Shown here: in pieces, positions 1 through 9,051 of the stretch
Layout of the letters: each line of letters begins with the position of its first letter
Position numbering within the stretch: position 1 is the first letter of the stretch
Sequence record: PZ513998.1
Length of the DNA stretch: 56,697 nt
From: a phage
Reading direction: 5' to 3' (one strand)
Program-made: the position numbers and the translations under genes
The notes under the pieces: generated by a model
Database searches by the model: none
The model's input: only the letters and a program-made list of their open reading frames with translations
What the model was told of the DNA's origin: nothing

Positions 1-180
1 ATGGTGATCAGGGAAAAGAAAAACTGGTATTATTGTTCATGCGGTAAGCCGTTTAGATCTGAGGCTCGCAGTAGTAACGGGCTAGTTTTGTTTCGATTAA
101 AGTGCGTATCCTGTGGGATATATTCACCGTGGCGCGGTTCAATTGGGCTATGTGTAGCGACGCTTGACAGCACCACGTAA
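1..180 (+). CDS. hypothetical small Cys-rich protein (zinc-ribbon-like CxCG ... CxxCG)
   Basis: 59-codon ATG..TAA ORF at window start, below the ORF-track size cutoff; translation MVIREKKNWYYCSCGKPF...KCVSCGIY; its first 7 nt ATGGTGA repeat the last 7 nt of ORF 181-546. Confidence 0.3.
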   Translation: MVIREKKNWYYCSCGKPFRSEARSSNGLVLFRLKCVSCGIYSPWRGSIGLCVATLDSTT

Positions 181-546
181 ATGGGTAACTCAGTAAATTG
201 TTTCAAATTTTATGAGGTTTGTAATGAGTTTCTAAATCTACCGGTAGTGGCTATCGGGAGGCCTAGCAACGATTTATCATTACCGGAATTTAATTACTCT
301 TATGGCGTGGTGTTCCATGTTAACAACAAGTTGCTTAGAGTCCTAACCGTCCGATATTCTTATGGACACCGGAGGGCATACGTTAGGATCGACGACGTAA
401 GAACGGATTACCCTAATGTCACTTATCCGGTTTACGAGCCGGTTCTTTTCTCGGGGGAGATCGCCGGCGAATGGATACGAGGCGCAAAAAATTTATACCG
501 GAGTTATAGGGACACGCTAACGAACGTAAGGGGGTCTGTATGGTGA
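181..546 (+). CDS. hypothetical protein
   Basis: 121-aa frame-1 ORF; no motif recognised; lies between the two halves of the portal gene if the window is circularised. Confidence 0.3.
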   Translation: MGNSVNCFKFYEVCNEFLNLPVVAIGRPSNDLSLPEFNYSYGVVFHVNNKLLRVLTVRYSYGHRRAYVRIDDVRTDYPNVTYPVYEPVLFSGEIAGEWIRGAKNLYRSYRDTLTNVRGSVW

Positions 547-1671
547 ATGAAATCAATCAAGGAACTTGTCGCGAGAAGTGCGAACAATCCCCCGGAGGTT
601 AAAGCACAAGGCGGTTATGAGGGTGCTCAGCGAAACTCGCGAGAAATGTATCGCTGGACGCCCGCAATAGTCTCTCCGGATCAGGAATTAGACGGCGGAC
701 AAAAAGAATTAGCCGATGCCCGGGTTCAAAACGTTATCCAGAATGACGGTTTTGCGTCCGGTGCCGTATCGATACATCGAGATAATATCGTCGGCTCTCA
801 ATACATGCTAAACGCTAAGCCGAATTTGTCCGCGCTAGGACTAAAAGGAGCTGACGCCGAAGCATGGGAGGAGGAGTTTCAAGACGTCGTAGAGTCGAAA
901 TTCAACGTGGCTGCGGACTCAACGGAAAACTGGTTTGATGTCACACGACGCAATTCTTTTACCGGCTTGGTTCGCCTCGCGGTGGCCCAAGCACTGATTT
1001 CCGGTGAAGTATTGGCATCGGCAGAATGGTCAAGAACCGCAGGTCGTCCTTTCAATACGGCCATTCAAATGATTAGCCCGCATCGACTGAGCAACCCGAA
1101 TAACTCGGCCAACACGAAAAACATTCGAGGCGGTGTTCATGTCGATGCGTTCGGACGACCAATCGGGTACTACATTCAAAACAGTTTCCCGGGAGAGAGT
1201 TTAATCAACGGTGAGAATCAAATGTGGCGATATGTTCCATCACGCAAACCGTGGGGACGTCGACAGGTTATTCACATCATGGAGCAAATTCTCCCGCACC
1301 AAAATCGCGGTATCTCAGACATGGTTGCAGCATTGAAGACCATTAGAATGACTAAGAACTTTCAGGAGATAACGCTACAAAACGCGGTAATCAATGCCTC
1401 GTATGCAGCCGCAATTGAGTCGGAGCTACCACCGGAAGCCGTTTACGCTCAGTTAGGTTTAGGGCAACGTCCGTTCGGCGAGATTATCCATGAGATGATG
1501 ACGAACGCAGCATCGTACTACGCGACTGCTAAAAACATGGAAATAGACGGCGCCAAGATCCCGCATTTAATGCCCGGCACTAAGTTGAACTTAAAACCGA
1601 TGGGGACTCCCGGCGGGATCGGCACGGACTTTGAGGAGTCGTTACTACGCCACATCGCAGCATCGTTATAA
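547..1671 (+). CDS. portal protein, lambda gpB family, N-terminal ~70% (ends at in-frame TAA)
   Basis: 374 aa colinear with lambda B from the N-terminus to the ...SLLRYIAAGL region (motifs MISPHRLSNPNN, NAVINASYAAAIESEL, AKIPHLMPG, SLLRHIAASL); homologs continue past this point; continuation found at 56182-56697. Confidence 0.8.
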   Translation: MKSIKELVARSANNPPEVKAQGGYEGAQRNSREMYRWTPAIVSPDQELDGGQKELADARVQNVIQNDGFASGAVSIHRDNIVGSQYMLNAKPNLSALGLKGADAEAWEEEFQDVVESKFNVAADSTENWFDVTRRNSFTGLVRLAVAQALISGEVLASAEWSRTAGRPFNTAIQMISPHRLSNPNNSANTKNIRGGVHVDAFGRPIGYYIQNSFPGESLINGENQMWRYVPSRKPWGRRQVIHIMEQILPHQNRGISDMVAALKTIRMTKNFQEITLQNAVINASYAAAIESELPPEAVYAQLGLGQRPFGEIIHEMMTNAASYYATAKNMEIDGAKIPHLMPGTKLNLKPMGTPGGIGTDFEESLLRHIAASL

Positions 1672-1947
1672 ATGAGCCGTCCATGCGATGAAACTCTCGC
1701 AGTATTAAAACAGCGATATGTTGAAGCGAGCCGAGCATATCACGATTTACAAATCGGGGTGTCTGGCCGAGTGTTTGTCGACCAAAATAGCGAACGTGTT
1801 GAATTCACCGCAGCTAACCGTCAGAGTCTACTTGCGTATCTTACCGGGCTACAACGTCAGATTTGTCAGTTAGCCCCGAACGACCCGATCTGTAATTGCG
1901 GTGTCGGCTTCGGGTCAATTTCCGCACCACTAGGGGCGTTATTCTAA
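1672..1947 (+). CDS. head-tail joining protein, lambda gpW-like
   Basis: 91 aa; central segment ...RAYHDLQIGVSGRVFVDQNSERVEFTAANRQSLLAYLTGLQ resembles gpW (…[39 protein letters not shown]); sits between large terminase and portal. Confidence 0.45.
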   Translation: MSRPCDETLAVLKQRYVEASRAYHDLQIGVSGRVFVDQNSERVEFTAANRQSLLAYLTGLQRQICQLAPNDPICNCGVGFGSISAPLGALF

Positions 1948-4014
1948 ATGGCTAAATACAAAAATCTCTTTGAGATCGCGGTCAAGATGTCGGATAACTT
2001 ACGACCCCCGGAAAGGTTGACCGTTTCTAATGCAGCATCTCAATATCGATATGTAAATTCTCCCGGGTCGTATGTAGGCCCGTGGTTGAATACAACAACG
2101 CCGTATATGGTCGAACCAATGGACGTATTAACTTCGCGCAATCACAGCAAGATGGCGTTTGTAGGCCCGGCACAGTCAGGTAAAACCGACGCGATTATCA
2201 TTAATGGCGTGTCATACTCAATCAAAGTCTCACCGATGGATACAATGGTATTCTGTCCGACAATGGCAGCCGCCCGAGACTTTTCTATGCGACGTATTGA
2301 TCGTCTTCACCGACACAGCCCGCTAATCGGCGAGCAATTGTTGAAAGGTAGAGACACCGACAATAAATTCGATAAACAATACATTACAGGTATGATGTTA
2401 ACTATCACATACCCTACCGTGACCGAATTGGCCGGACGACCGGTTCCAAGAATATTGATGACCGACTTTGACCGTATGGACGACGATATCGGCGGTGATG
2501 GTAATCCATTTGACTTGGCAACACAGCGTACAACAACCTTTGGTTCGTTTGCTATGACTATGGCCGAATCGTCCCCGTCGAGAGAGATTCTTGACCCGCA
2601 CTGGATAGCTAAGTCACCGCATGAGGCTCCGCCGTGTACCGGTATTATTGCGCTTTACAACCGTGGGGATAGACGACGTTGGCAATGGCCGTGTCCTCAC
2701 TGTGACGAATATTTCGAGGGTAAATTCGAGCATCTAACGTGGGACAACGGAAAACAGCTATCTAACCGAGAGAAAGCAGAAACCGTACAAATGGTATGCC
2801 CGGAATGTGGTTGTTTGATCCACCCCGACGAACGCTTTGAAATGAATTTATTCGGAGTGTGGGTTCCGGAGGGTTGTAAAGTTGATAAGAGCGGGAGACT
2901 TACGGGCAAAGCCCCTCATACCGACTTCATTTCTTACTGGCTCCGCGGTACGGCAGCCGCCTTTACGACATGGCAAAAACTGGTAAACATCTACCTCGAT
3001 GCCCTTGACGAATATCAACGGACGTACTCAGAAGAAGCCTTGAAGAAATTCTGGAATAACAACATGGGTGAGCCGTATCAGCCTAAGTCGTTAGAATCAG
3101 TCCGCGCACCGGAAGCACTGAAAAGCCGGTCATCAGATTACCCGCTAGGCATGGTTCCGAATGACGTTCGATTCCTCGTAGCAACGATAGACGTTCAATT
3201 GAATAGCTTCGTAGTACAGGTGTTCGGTATTTCCCCGGGTTCACCGTATGACACTCATGTTATAGACCGGTTCTTCATCAACAAGTCGGAGCGTAAGGAC
3301 GAAGACGGCGACGCAATGATCTTACAGCCGGCGACATACGAAGAAGACTGGAAACTTATCGAAAAACAGGTAATAGATAAAGAGTATCCGTTGTCAGACG
3401 GTAGCGGTAGAATGATGTCAATTAAGATGACCGGTTGTGACTCCGGGGGTAAATCTGGCGTAACCGGCATGGCATACGCGTTCTATCGATATTTGAAGAC
3501 AAAGAATAAACATGCTCGCTTCATCTTATTGAAAGGTGGCACACGAGTAACAGACCCGAGAACCCGTATTAGCTATCCGGACTCTAACCGGAAAAACGAT
3601 AAGAATGCAGCTAGAGGAGAAATCCCGGTATTATTCTTAAACTCGAACTTGTTGAAAGACGCATTAAACGGACGACTAGATTGTATTGAGCCTCACAAGG
3701 GCTATTATAATATGACTAGGGAATTACCGGACGAATTTTTCTCGGAGCTATGCGCCGAAACGAGAACCGCGAAAGGTTGGGAGAATTTAGCGCAAGCCCG
3801 AAACGAAGCATGGGACTTAAGCTACTACTGTTTGGGCCTTTGTACGTCTCCGGAGTTATTACGAGTAGAGTCGATAAATTGGGACAACCCCCCAACGTGG
3901 GCGGAGGAATGGGATAATAATACGATGGTCAGGGAACCCGAGGAAGAAAAACCATTCGCCTTTCAACCTCGACCGATGTTAGACTTTAGCCGTTTAGGTG
4001 AACTATTAGGATAG
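1948..4014 (+). CDS. terminase large subunit (GpA family)
   Basis: 688 aa; Walker A-like FVGPAQSGKTDA; Cys pairs CPHCDEYF...CPECGC typical of GpA zinc ribbon; adjacent to Nu1-like, gpW-like and portal genes; first 8 nt ATGGCTAA repeat 4592-4599. Confidence 0.8.
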   Translation: MAKYKNLFEIAVKMSDNLRPPERLTVSNAASQYRYVNSPGSYVGPWLNTTTPYMVEPMDVLTSRNHSKMAFVGPAQSGKTDAIIINGVSYSIKVSPMDTMVFCPTMAAARDFSMRRIDRLHRHSPLIGEQLLKGRDTDNKFDKQYITGMMLTITYPTVTELAGRPVPRILMTDFDRMDDDIGGDGNPFDLATQRTTTFGSFAMTMAESSPSREILDPHWIAKSPHEAPPCTGIIALYNRGDRRRWQWPCPHCDEYFEGKFEHLTWDNGKQLSNREKAETVQMVCPECGCLIHPDERFEMNLFGVWVPEGCKVDKSGRLTGKAPHTDFISYWLRGTAAAFTTWQKLVNIYLDALDEYQRTYSEEALKKFWNNNMGEPYQPKSLESVRAPEALKSRSSDYPLGMVPNDVRFLVATIDVQLNSFVVQVFGISPGSPYDTHVIDRFFINKSERKDEDGDAMILQPATYEEDWKLIEKQVIDKEYPLSDGSGRMMSIKMTGCDSGGKSGVTGMAYAFYRYLKTKNKHARFILLKGGTRVTDPRTRISYPDSNRKNDKNAARGEIPVLFLNSNLLKDALNGRLDCIEPHKGYYNMTRELPDEFFSELCAETRTAKGWENLAQARNEAWDLSYYCLGLCTSPELLRVESINWDNPPTWAEEWDNNTMVREPEEEKPFAFQPRPMLDFSRLGELLG

Positions 4015-4599
4015 ATGGCAAAGGCACCGGTAACAACAAGACGTCGTAGCAATCAGCTAGACCGTGAATCCGAGTCGATGATCTTCGACGGGGTTAACAT
4101 TACTCAGATCGCAAAGATATTTAACATGGAGCGTAGAGACGTTACGCCCAAGATCCGAGAAGTTCCTCCTTGCGGGGAACGAGGCGGGTATCCGATTTAC
4201 AAATTAAATGAAGTGGCGCCATACCTAGTAAAGCCCCTGTATGATGTCGAAACCTACATTAAGCGAATGCACCCCAACGAGCTTCCTAAAATGCTCTCTA
4301 AAGAGTTCTGGAACGGAATGAAAGCTAAGCAGGACTACGAGTTGAGAGAGGGTGAGCTATGGCCTACCGACCAAGTAGAAGCGCTAATGTCGGAGTCTTT
4401 TAAACACTTACGCATGTCATTACTCTTAGTAACGGACTCACTGGAACGTGAATCCACCCTCACCGATCATCAAAGAACCCGCATCACGGAAATGATAGAC
4501 GGCGCGCTAAATGAGATGGCGCAAACACTCGTTGAGGCATTCGGAGACCGGGCTAAGACGGAAGTCAAAGAGAGTACCGTAGGTGGCAAGAATGGCTAA
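4015..4599 (+). CDS. putative terminase small subunit (Nu1-like HTH protein)
   Basis: 194 aa; N-terminal HTH-like segment GVNITQIAKIFNMERRDVTPKI followed by GERGGYPIYKL, similar in layout to lambda Nu1; adjacent to large terminase. Confidence 0.45.
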   Translation: MAKAPVTTRRRSNQLDRESESMIFDGVNITQIAKIFNMERRDVTPKIREVPPCGERGGYPIYKLNEVAPYLVKPLYDVETYIKRMHPNELPKMLSKEFWNGMKAKQDYELREGELWPTDQVEALMSESFKHLRMSLLLVTDSLERESTLTDHQRTRITEMIDGALNEMAQTLVEAFGDRAKTEVKESTVGGKNG

Positions 4600-6123
4600 A
4601 TGCGAAAGAAATTCTCGAAACGTACGGTTGGGAAGACTAAAGTTAACCTACTTGAAGAAATCAGGAAAGGTAGAAAACTTGTTGAAAGACAACGGGAAGA
4701 CTTACACGAGTATCAAGTTGAAGCCCGACAACTGGCGCATGACATTCCATTCTGCGGATTATTCCTCGAAATGGGTATAGGCAAAACCGTAATAACCGGA
4801 ACGCTGATCGCCGACTTACTTGATAACTTTGAAGTAGATAGAGTTCTCATTATAGGCCCTCGTAGGGTGGCTAAAGTAACATGGCCGGACGAATTCATGG
4901 AGTGGGGTCATCTATGTGGGTATAAAGTAACGCCGGCAGTCGGAACACCCAAGGAAAGACTAGCGGTACTAAATAGCAATAGTCCTATCGTATCCATAAA
5001 CCGAGAGAATGTAAGCTGGCTAGTAAACTATTACAAAGGCAAGTGGCCGTTCGATATGGTGGTCATAGACGAGTCGAGTTCCTTTAAGTCTCACAAATCT
5101 AAGCGGTTTAAGGACTTAACTAAAGTCAGACCGAGGATAAAACGACTAATCGAGTTGACGGCCACCCCAAATGGCGAGGGATTTACTTCGTTCTTTTCTC
5201 AAATATATTTACTTGATTACGGTAAACGGTTCGGCCGTAGCTTCAATAAGTTTAGGGATAAATACTTCGAGTACAACCCGTATAACCACAGCATCAAGCC
5301 GAGAGAAGATACGGAGATGCGTATCTTAGAAAAGATAAAAGATATATGCGTAGTTATGCGAGCAGAAGACTATCTCGATCGAGTACCGTATGAGCCAAAG
5401 GTGATCCCGGTAAAACTCAATAAGAAGATCACCAAGGAGTATTTCGACTTCCAAAAGAATTTAGTCATGATGATACCCGAAGCGGAAAACGTCATAGTGG
5501 AAGCGCAATCGGCAGCGATACTCGCATTGAAACTGCTACAAATGTGCTCCGGCGTTATTTACAACACGTACTATGACGGGATAGATGAGAACGAGGAGCC
5601 GATAAGGAAGACCGACATCTATGATATCCACGAGGAGAAACTAGACGCGCTCGAAGTGTTTCTGGAAGAAGCAAAGGAAGCCGGAAAGAATGTTTTCCTT
5701 GGGTATCACTTTCGGTCATCACGAGAAAGAATATTAGCCCGATTCCCGGATATCGTCGAGATGGATAAAGACGGAAATAACATAAAACAATGGAACGCGG
5801 GGCGAATAAAAGTTTACATGGCACACCCTCAAAGTGCGGGGCACGGCTTGAATTTACAGCGGGGCGGACATACAATTCTTTTCTATGACATTCCGTATTC
5901 GTTCGAGAACTATGACCAATTTATCGGCCGGCTCGATAGGCAAGGTCAAAAGCACCGAGTAACAGTACACCACTTAGTTGCGGTCGGAACAAATGAAGAT
6001 GGCCGAACAGTCCAACTAGCCGACCGCCACGTTTATAACAATCTGAGACGTAAGGAAGAAAACCAAGATTGGGCCTTGAAGACCTTACGTGATCTCAGAA
6101 AAGCGATGAAAAAGGAAGTTTAG
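4600..6123 (+). CDS. SNF2-family helicase
   Basis: 507 aa; Walker A LEMGIGKTVITG, DExx box VVIDESSSF, C-terminal helicase motif QFIGRLDRQGQ; first 41 nt identical to 6371-6411. Confidence 0.8.
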   Translation: MRKKFSKRTVGKTKVNLLEEIRKGRKLVERQREDLHEYQVEARQLAHDIPFCGLFLEMGIGKTVITGTLIADLLDNFEVDRVLIIGPRRVAKVTWPDEFMEWGHLCGYKVTPAVGTPKERLAVLNSNSPIVSINRENVSWLVNYYKGKWPFDMVVIDESSSFKSHKSKRFKDLTKVRPRIKRLIELTATPNGEGFTSFFSQIYLLDYGKRFGRSFNKFRDKYFEYNPYNHSIKPREDTEMRILEKIKDICVVMRAEDYLDRVPYEPKVIPVKLNKKITKEYFDFQKNLVMMIPEAENVIVEAQSAAILALKLLQMCSGVIYNTYYDGIDENEEPIRKTDIYDIHEEKLDALEVFLEEAKEAGKNVFLGYHFRSSRERILARFPDIVEMDKDGNNIKQWNAGRIKVYMAHPQSAGHGLNLQRGGHTILFYDIPYSFENYDQFIGRLDRQGQKHRVTVHHLVAVGTNEDGRTVQLADRHVYNNLRRKEENQDWALKTLRDLRKAMKKEV

Positions 6124-6411
6124 ATGACTGTTAGAGAGAGCAAAGTCGAATCGGATATCCGAAAATACGCTTTGGCCCGAGGCTGGTGGGTTTCTAAATT
6201 TACTAGCCCCGGTAAACGAGGCGTACCAGACCGGATATTCATTAAAAACAGTTTTGTAGTTTTTATCGAAATCAAACGCCCCGGAGAGAAGCCGTCGAAG
6301 CAACAAGAATTACGCATGGCCGAGATGAAGCGCTACGGGGCTTTAGTATATTGGGTGGATAATTTAAACGATGCGAAAGAAATTCTCGAAACGTACGGTT
6401 GGGAAGACTAA
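6124..6411 (+). CDS. VRR-NUC domain nuclease
   Basis: 95 aa; PD-(D/E)xK-like core GVPDRIFIKNSFVVFIEIKRPGEKPSKQQ typical of VRR-NUC; classic partner of phage SNF2 helicases. Confidence 0.65.
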   Translation: MTVRESKVESDIRKYALARGWWVSKFTSPGKRGVPDRIFIKNSFVVFIEIKRPGEKPSKQQELRMAEMKRYGALVYWVDNLNDAKEILETYGWED

Positions 6412-8445
6412 GTGGAATCGAAAAGAACGTTAATTTTTGACTATGAAACATATAGCGAACTAGACATAAAGAAAGTAGGCGGTCACAAGTATGCACAGCA
6501 CCCGTCTACTGAAATTCTAATGGTAGCGTGGAAGTTTACTGACTCGGACGAAATCGGTTTTTGGGACAACACAATGCCCGAAGAAGATTTAGACGAGTTA
6601 AAGGGATATTTGCGCGACGATAACATCATAAAACGGGCATTCAACGCGCAGTTTGAGCGGTTGATCACTAAACACGTCCTAGGTATCGACACACCGTATG
6701 ACGTCTGGCGTTGTACGATGGTGGCTGCGTACCACCGAGGTTTTACCGGCGGGTTAGACATGGTTGGTAAGGCTCTAGGTTTTAAAGGGGATAAAGCAAA
6801 AGACGCAGCAGGTAAACGCCTAATTCAGAAATTTTGTAAACCAAGAAAGCCAACTAAACTCGACAAAAGTACAAGACACGATGCGGAATCACACCCGGAA
6901 GAATGGGAAGCATTCGGAGCCTATTGCCGACAAGACGTGATAGCCGAAGAAAATATCGACCGCCGTCTGAGTGACATCAAGTATGACATGATCGAATTTG
7001 AGTGGGAAGTTTACGCGTTAGACCAGAAAATTAATGACCGCGGAATAAATATCGATAACGACTTCATCGAAGCAGCAATAAAGATGGCCGAGACACGCAA
7101 GCCACAGATTATCGATGAAATGCGAGAACTTACAGGGCTAGCCAATCCCGGGTCTCAGAAACAACTATTAGCGTGGCTACAACAAGAGGGATACCCGTTC
7201 AACGACCTATTAGCTGACACCGTGAAAAAAGTCATAAACGAGTATCCGGACAATGGGATCACAGAAAAAGCGTGTCGAGTTCTTAAACTTCGTCGTAAAT
7301 CTAACAAAACCTCTCTAAAGAAATACAACAAAATGTTAGATATTGAAAACGACGACGGTAGGGTACGCGGAACAATTCAATGCTACGGGGGTTCTCGAAC
7401 CGGACGATTCGCCGGGCGGGGCTTACAAACTCACAACTTCGTAAGAACACCGAAGATACTTGAAGACGTCGAAGCTACGGAAATCGCTAAAAAGCTAGTT
7501 CTCGACCAAGACATGTGGGCTTTAAACGTTTTTGCTGGCGAACCCATGGATATGTTGCCGGGGCTACTACGATCCGCACTAATCCCAACGGTAGGTCGTC
7601 GCTTCGTTGTAGCGGACTTGTCATCAATTGAATCGGTAGTAATAGGTTGGCTTACCGGCTGTAAGTGGTTCCTAGATACCTTGCGGGCTAAAAAAGACTT
7701 ATATCGCGCATTCGCCTCAGCATGGCTAAAAATTCCTTACGAAGACACCCTCCCATTCCGAGGAAAGGCAAAACCGGCCACACTAGGTTGCGGATATCGA
7801 CTAGGCGGTGGCGAACTTATTGACGGTAAGAAAACCGGACTTTGGGGTTACGGTGAAAACATGGGAGTCATGCTAACACAAGAGGAGGCTCACGCTTCGG
7901 TAGACGCATTCCGAGAGTTGTGCCCTGAGATTGTTGACGGTTGGTATAAACTTGAAGATTGCGTAAAAACCACCATTAAGACGCACAAGACAACCCGATG
8001 GAGATCGTTAGTATTCGGGTTTAAAAAACCGTTCTTATGGATTAAGTTGCCATCGGGGCGGAAACTTTATTACTACCGCCCACGCTTAGTAACAAACACC
8101 TACAAGAACCGCAGAGGTGAGACGTACACTCGTCAAGAAATAATGTACGAGGGTAAAAAAGATCAAGGCGGTTGGGGTGTTCAAACCACGCACGGCGGGA
8201 AATTGATTGAGAATATCGTTCAAGCCATAGCAAGAGATGTCCTAGTAAACGGCATGTTTAATGCGGAAGAAATAGGTTTCGATATCGTATTCCACGTTCA
8301 CGATGAAATCATAACGGAAGTCGACGAAGATGACCTGTTAGGGCTAGACGACCTCATTGATTGTATGGCAGCACCGATATCGTGGGCGCCGGGACTACCA
8401 TTAGGAGCAGCAGGGTGGGAGGGGTATTTTTACCGTAAAGATTAA
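6412..8445 (+). CDS. DNA polymerase, family A-like with 3'-5' exonuclease domain
   Basis: 677 aa, GTG start; exo motif FDYETYSE, motif A-like VADLSSIESVV, motif B-like RGKAKPATLGCGYRLG, motif C HVHDEI. Confidence 0.75.
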   Translation: MESKRTLIFDYETYSELDIKKVGGHKYAQHPSTEILMVAWKFTDSDEIGFWDNTMPEEDLDELKGYLRDDNIIKRAFNAQFERLITKHVLGIDTPYDVWRCTMVAAYHRGFTGGLDMVGKALGFKGDKAKDAAGKRLIQKFCKPRKPTKLDKSTRHDAESHPEEWEAFGAYCRQDVIAEENIDRRLSDIKYDMIEFEWEVYALDQKINDRGINIDNDFIEAAIKMAETRKPQIIDEMRELTGLANPGSQKQLLAWLQQEGYPFNDLLADTVKKVINEYPDNGITEKACRVLKLRRKSNKTSLKKYNKMLDIENDDGRVRGTIQCYGGSRTGRFAGRGLQTHNFVRTPKILEDVEATEIAKKLVLDQDMWALNVFAGEPMDMLPGLLRSALIPTVGRRFVVADLSSIESVVIGWLTGCKWFLDTLRAKKDLYRAFASAWLKIPYEDTLPFRGKAKPATLGCGYRLGGGELIDGKKTGLWGYGENMGVMLTQEEAHASVDAFRELCPEIVDGWYKLEDCVKTTIKTHKTTRWRSLVFGFKKPFLWIKLPSGRKLYYYRPRLVTNTYKNRRGETYTRQEIMYEGKKDQGGWGVQTTHGGKLIENIVQAIARDVLVNGMFNAEEIGFDIVFHVHDEIITEVDEDDLLGLDDLIDCMAAPISWAPGLPLGAAGWEGYFYRKD

Positions 8446-9051
8446 ATGGCAAAACTTAAACCAGTAAAACGTATTAAACATGAAGGTAAAACAGTAGCGG
8501 TAATCTATGAAGACGGCCACGTCCGAATTGATAATGTTCGCTTGTCATACCCACACTTAGCAACACCACAAGAGGGTGATGACGGCAGTAAAAAGTTCGG
8601 TGCTACATTCTTATTAGACAAGGACATTCATTCTGAAACAGCCGAAGTCTTAAAAGATTTAGCAGCTAAAACAGCGAAAAACGCGAAAGTGAAAGTCCCG
8701 TCATCGAAGTATTTCATCAAAGATGGTGACGAAGAATTTTCGGACAAACCTGAATGTGAAAATATGTTTGTTATCTCCGCCCGGGAAAAGAAACGTCCTG
8801 TTTGTCGAGATGCTGACAAAGAAGAAATCGACGTAGACGATATTGAAGAAATCCTATACGGCGGTTGCTATGTTAGTGCCTTGATTGGTCTTTGGGTTCA
8901 AGATAACAAATACGGAAAACGAGTTAACGCTAACCTCCGTTCAATCAAATTCATCAAAGACGGCGAGCCGTTCGGTGCTGAAAGAATCGATGATTCCGAA
9001 GCGTGGGACGACGAAGACGAATGGGGTGAAGGCGAAGAAGACGACATCTAA
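8446..9051 (+). CDS. DUF2815-like phage ssDNA-binding protein
   Basis: 201 aa; acidic C-terminal tail DDSEAWDDEDEWGEGEEDDI as in SSBs; conserved position between DUF2800-like nuclease and DNA polymerase. Confidence 0.5.
   Translation: MAKLKPVKRIKHEGKTVAVIYEDGHVRIDNVRLSYPHLATPQEGDDGSKKFGATFLLDKDIHSETAEVLKDLAAKTAKNAKVKVPSSKYFIKDGDEEFSDKPECENMFVISAREKKRPVCRDADKEEIDVDDIEEILYGGCYVSALIGLWVQDNKYGKRVNANLRSIKFIKDGEPFGAERIDDSEAWDDEDEWGEGEEDDI

Noticed and set aside
1-546. Group I intron or intein interrupting the portal gene
   Set aside because: The insert begins with an in-frame stop, so it is not an intein. The possible splice boundaries do not give a U at the 5' exon end with a G at the intron 3' end, and the portal fragments are not adjacent in this window. 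Contig-end truncation or a simple insertion explain it better.
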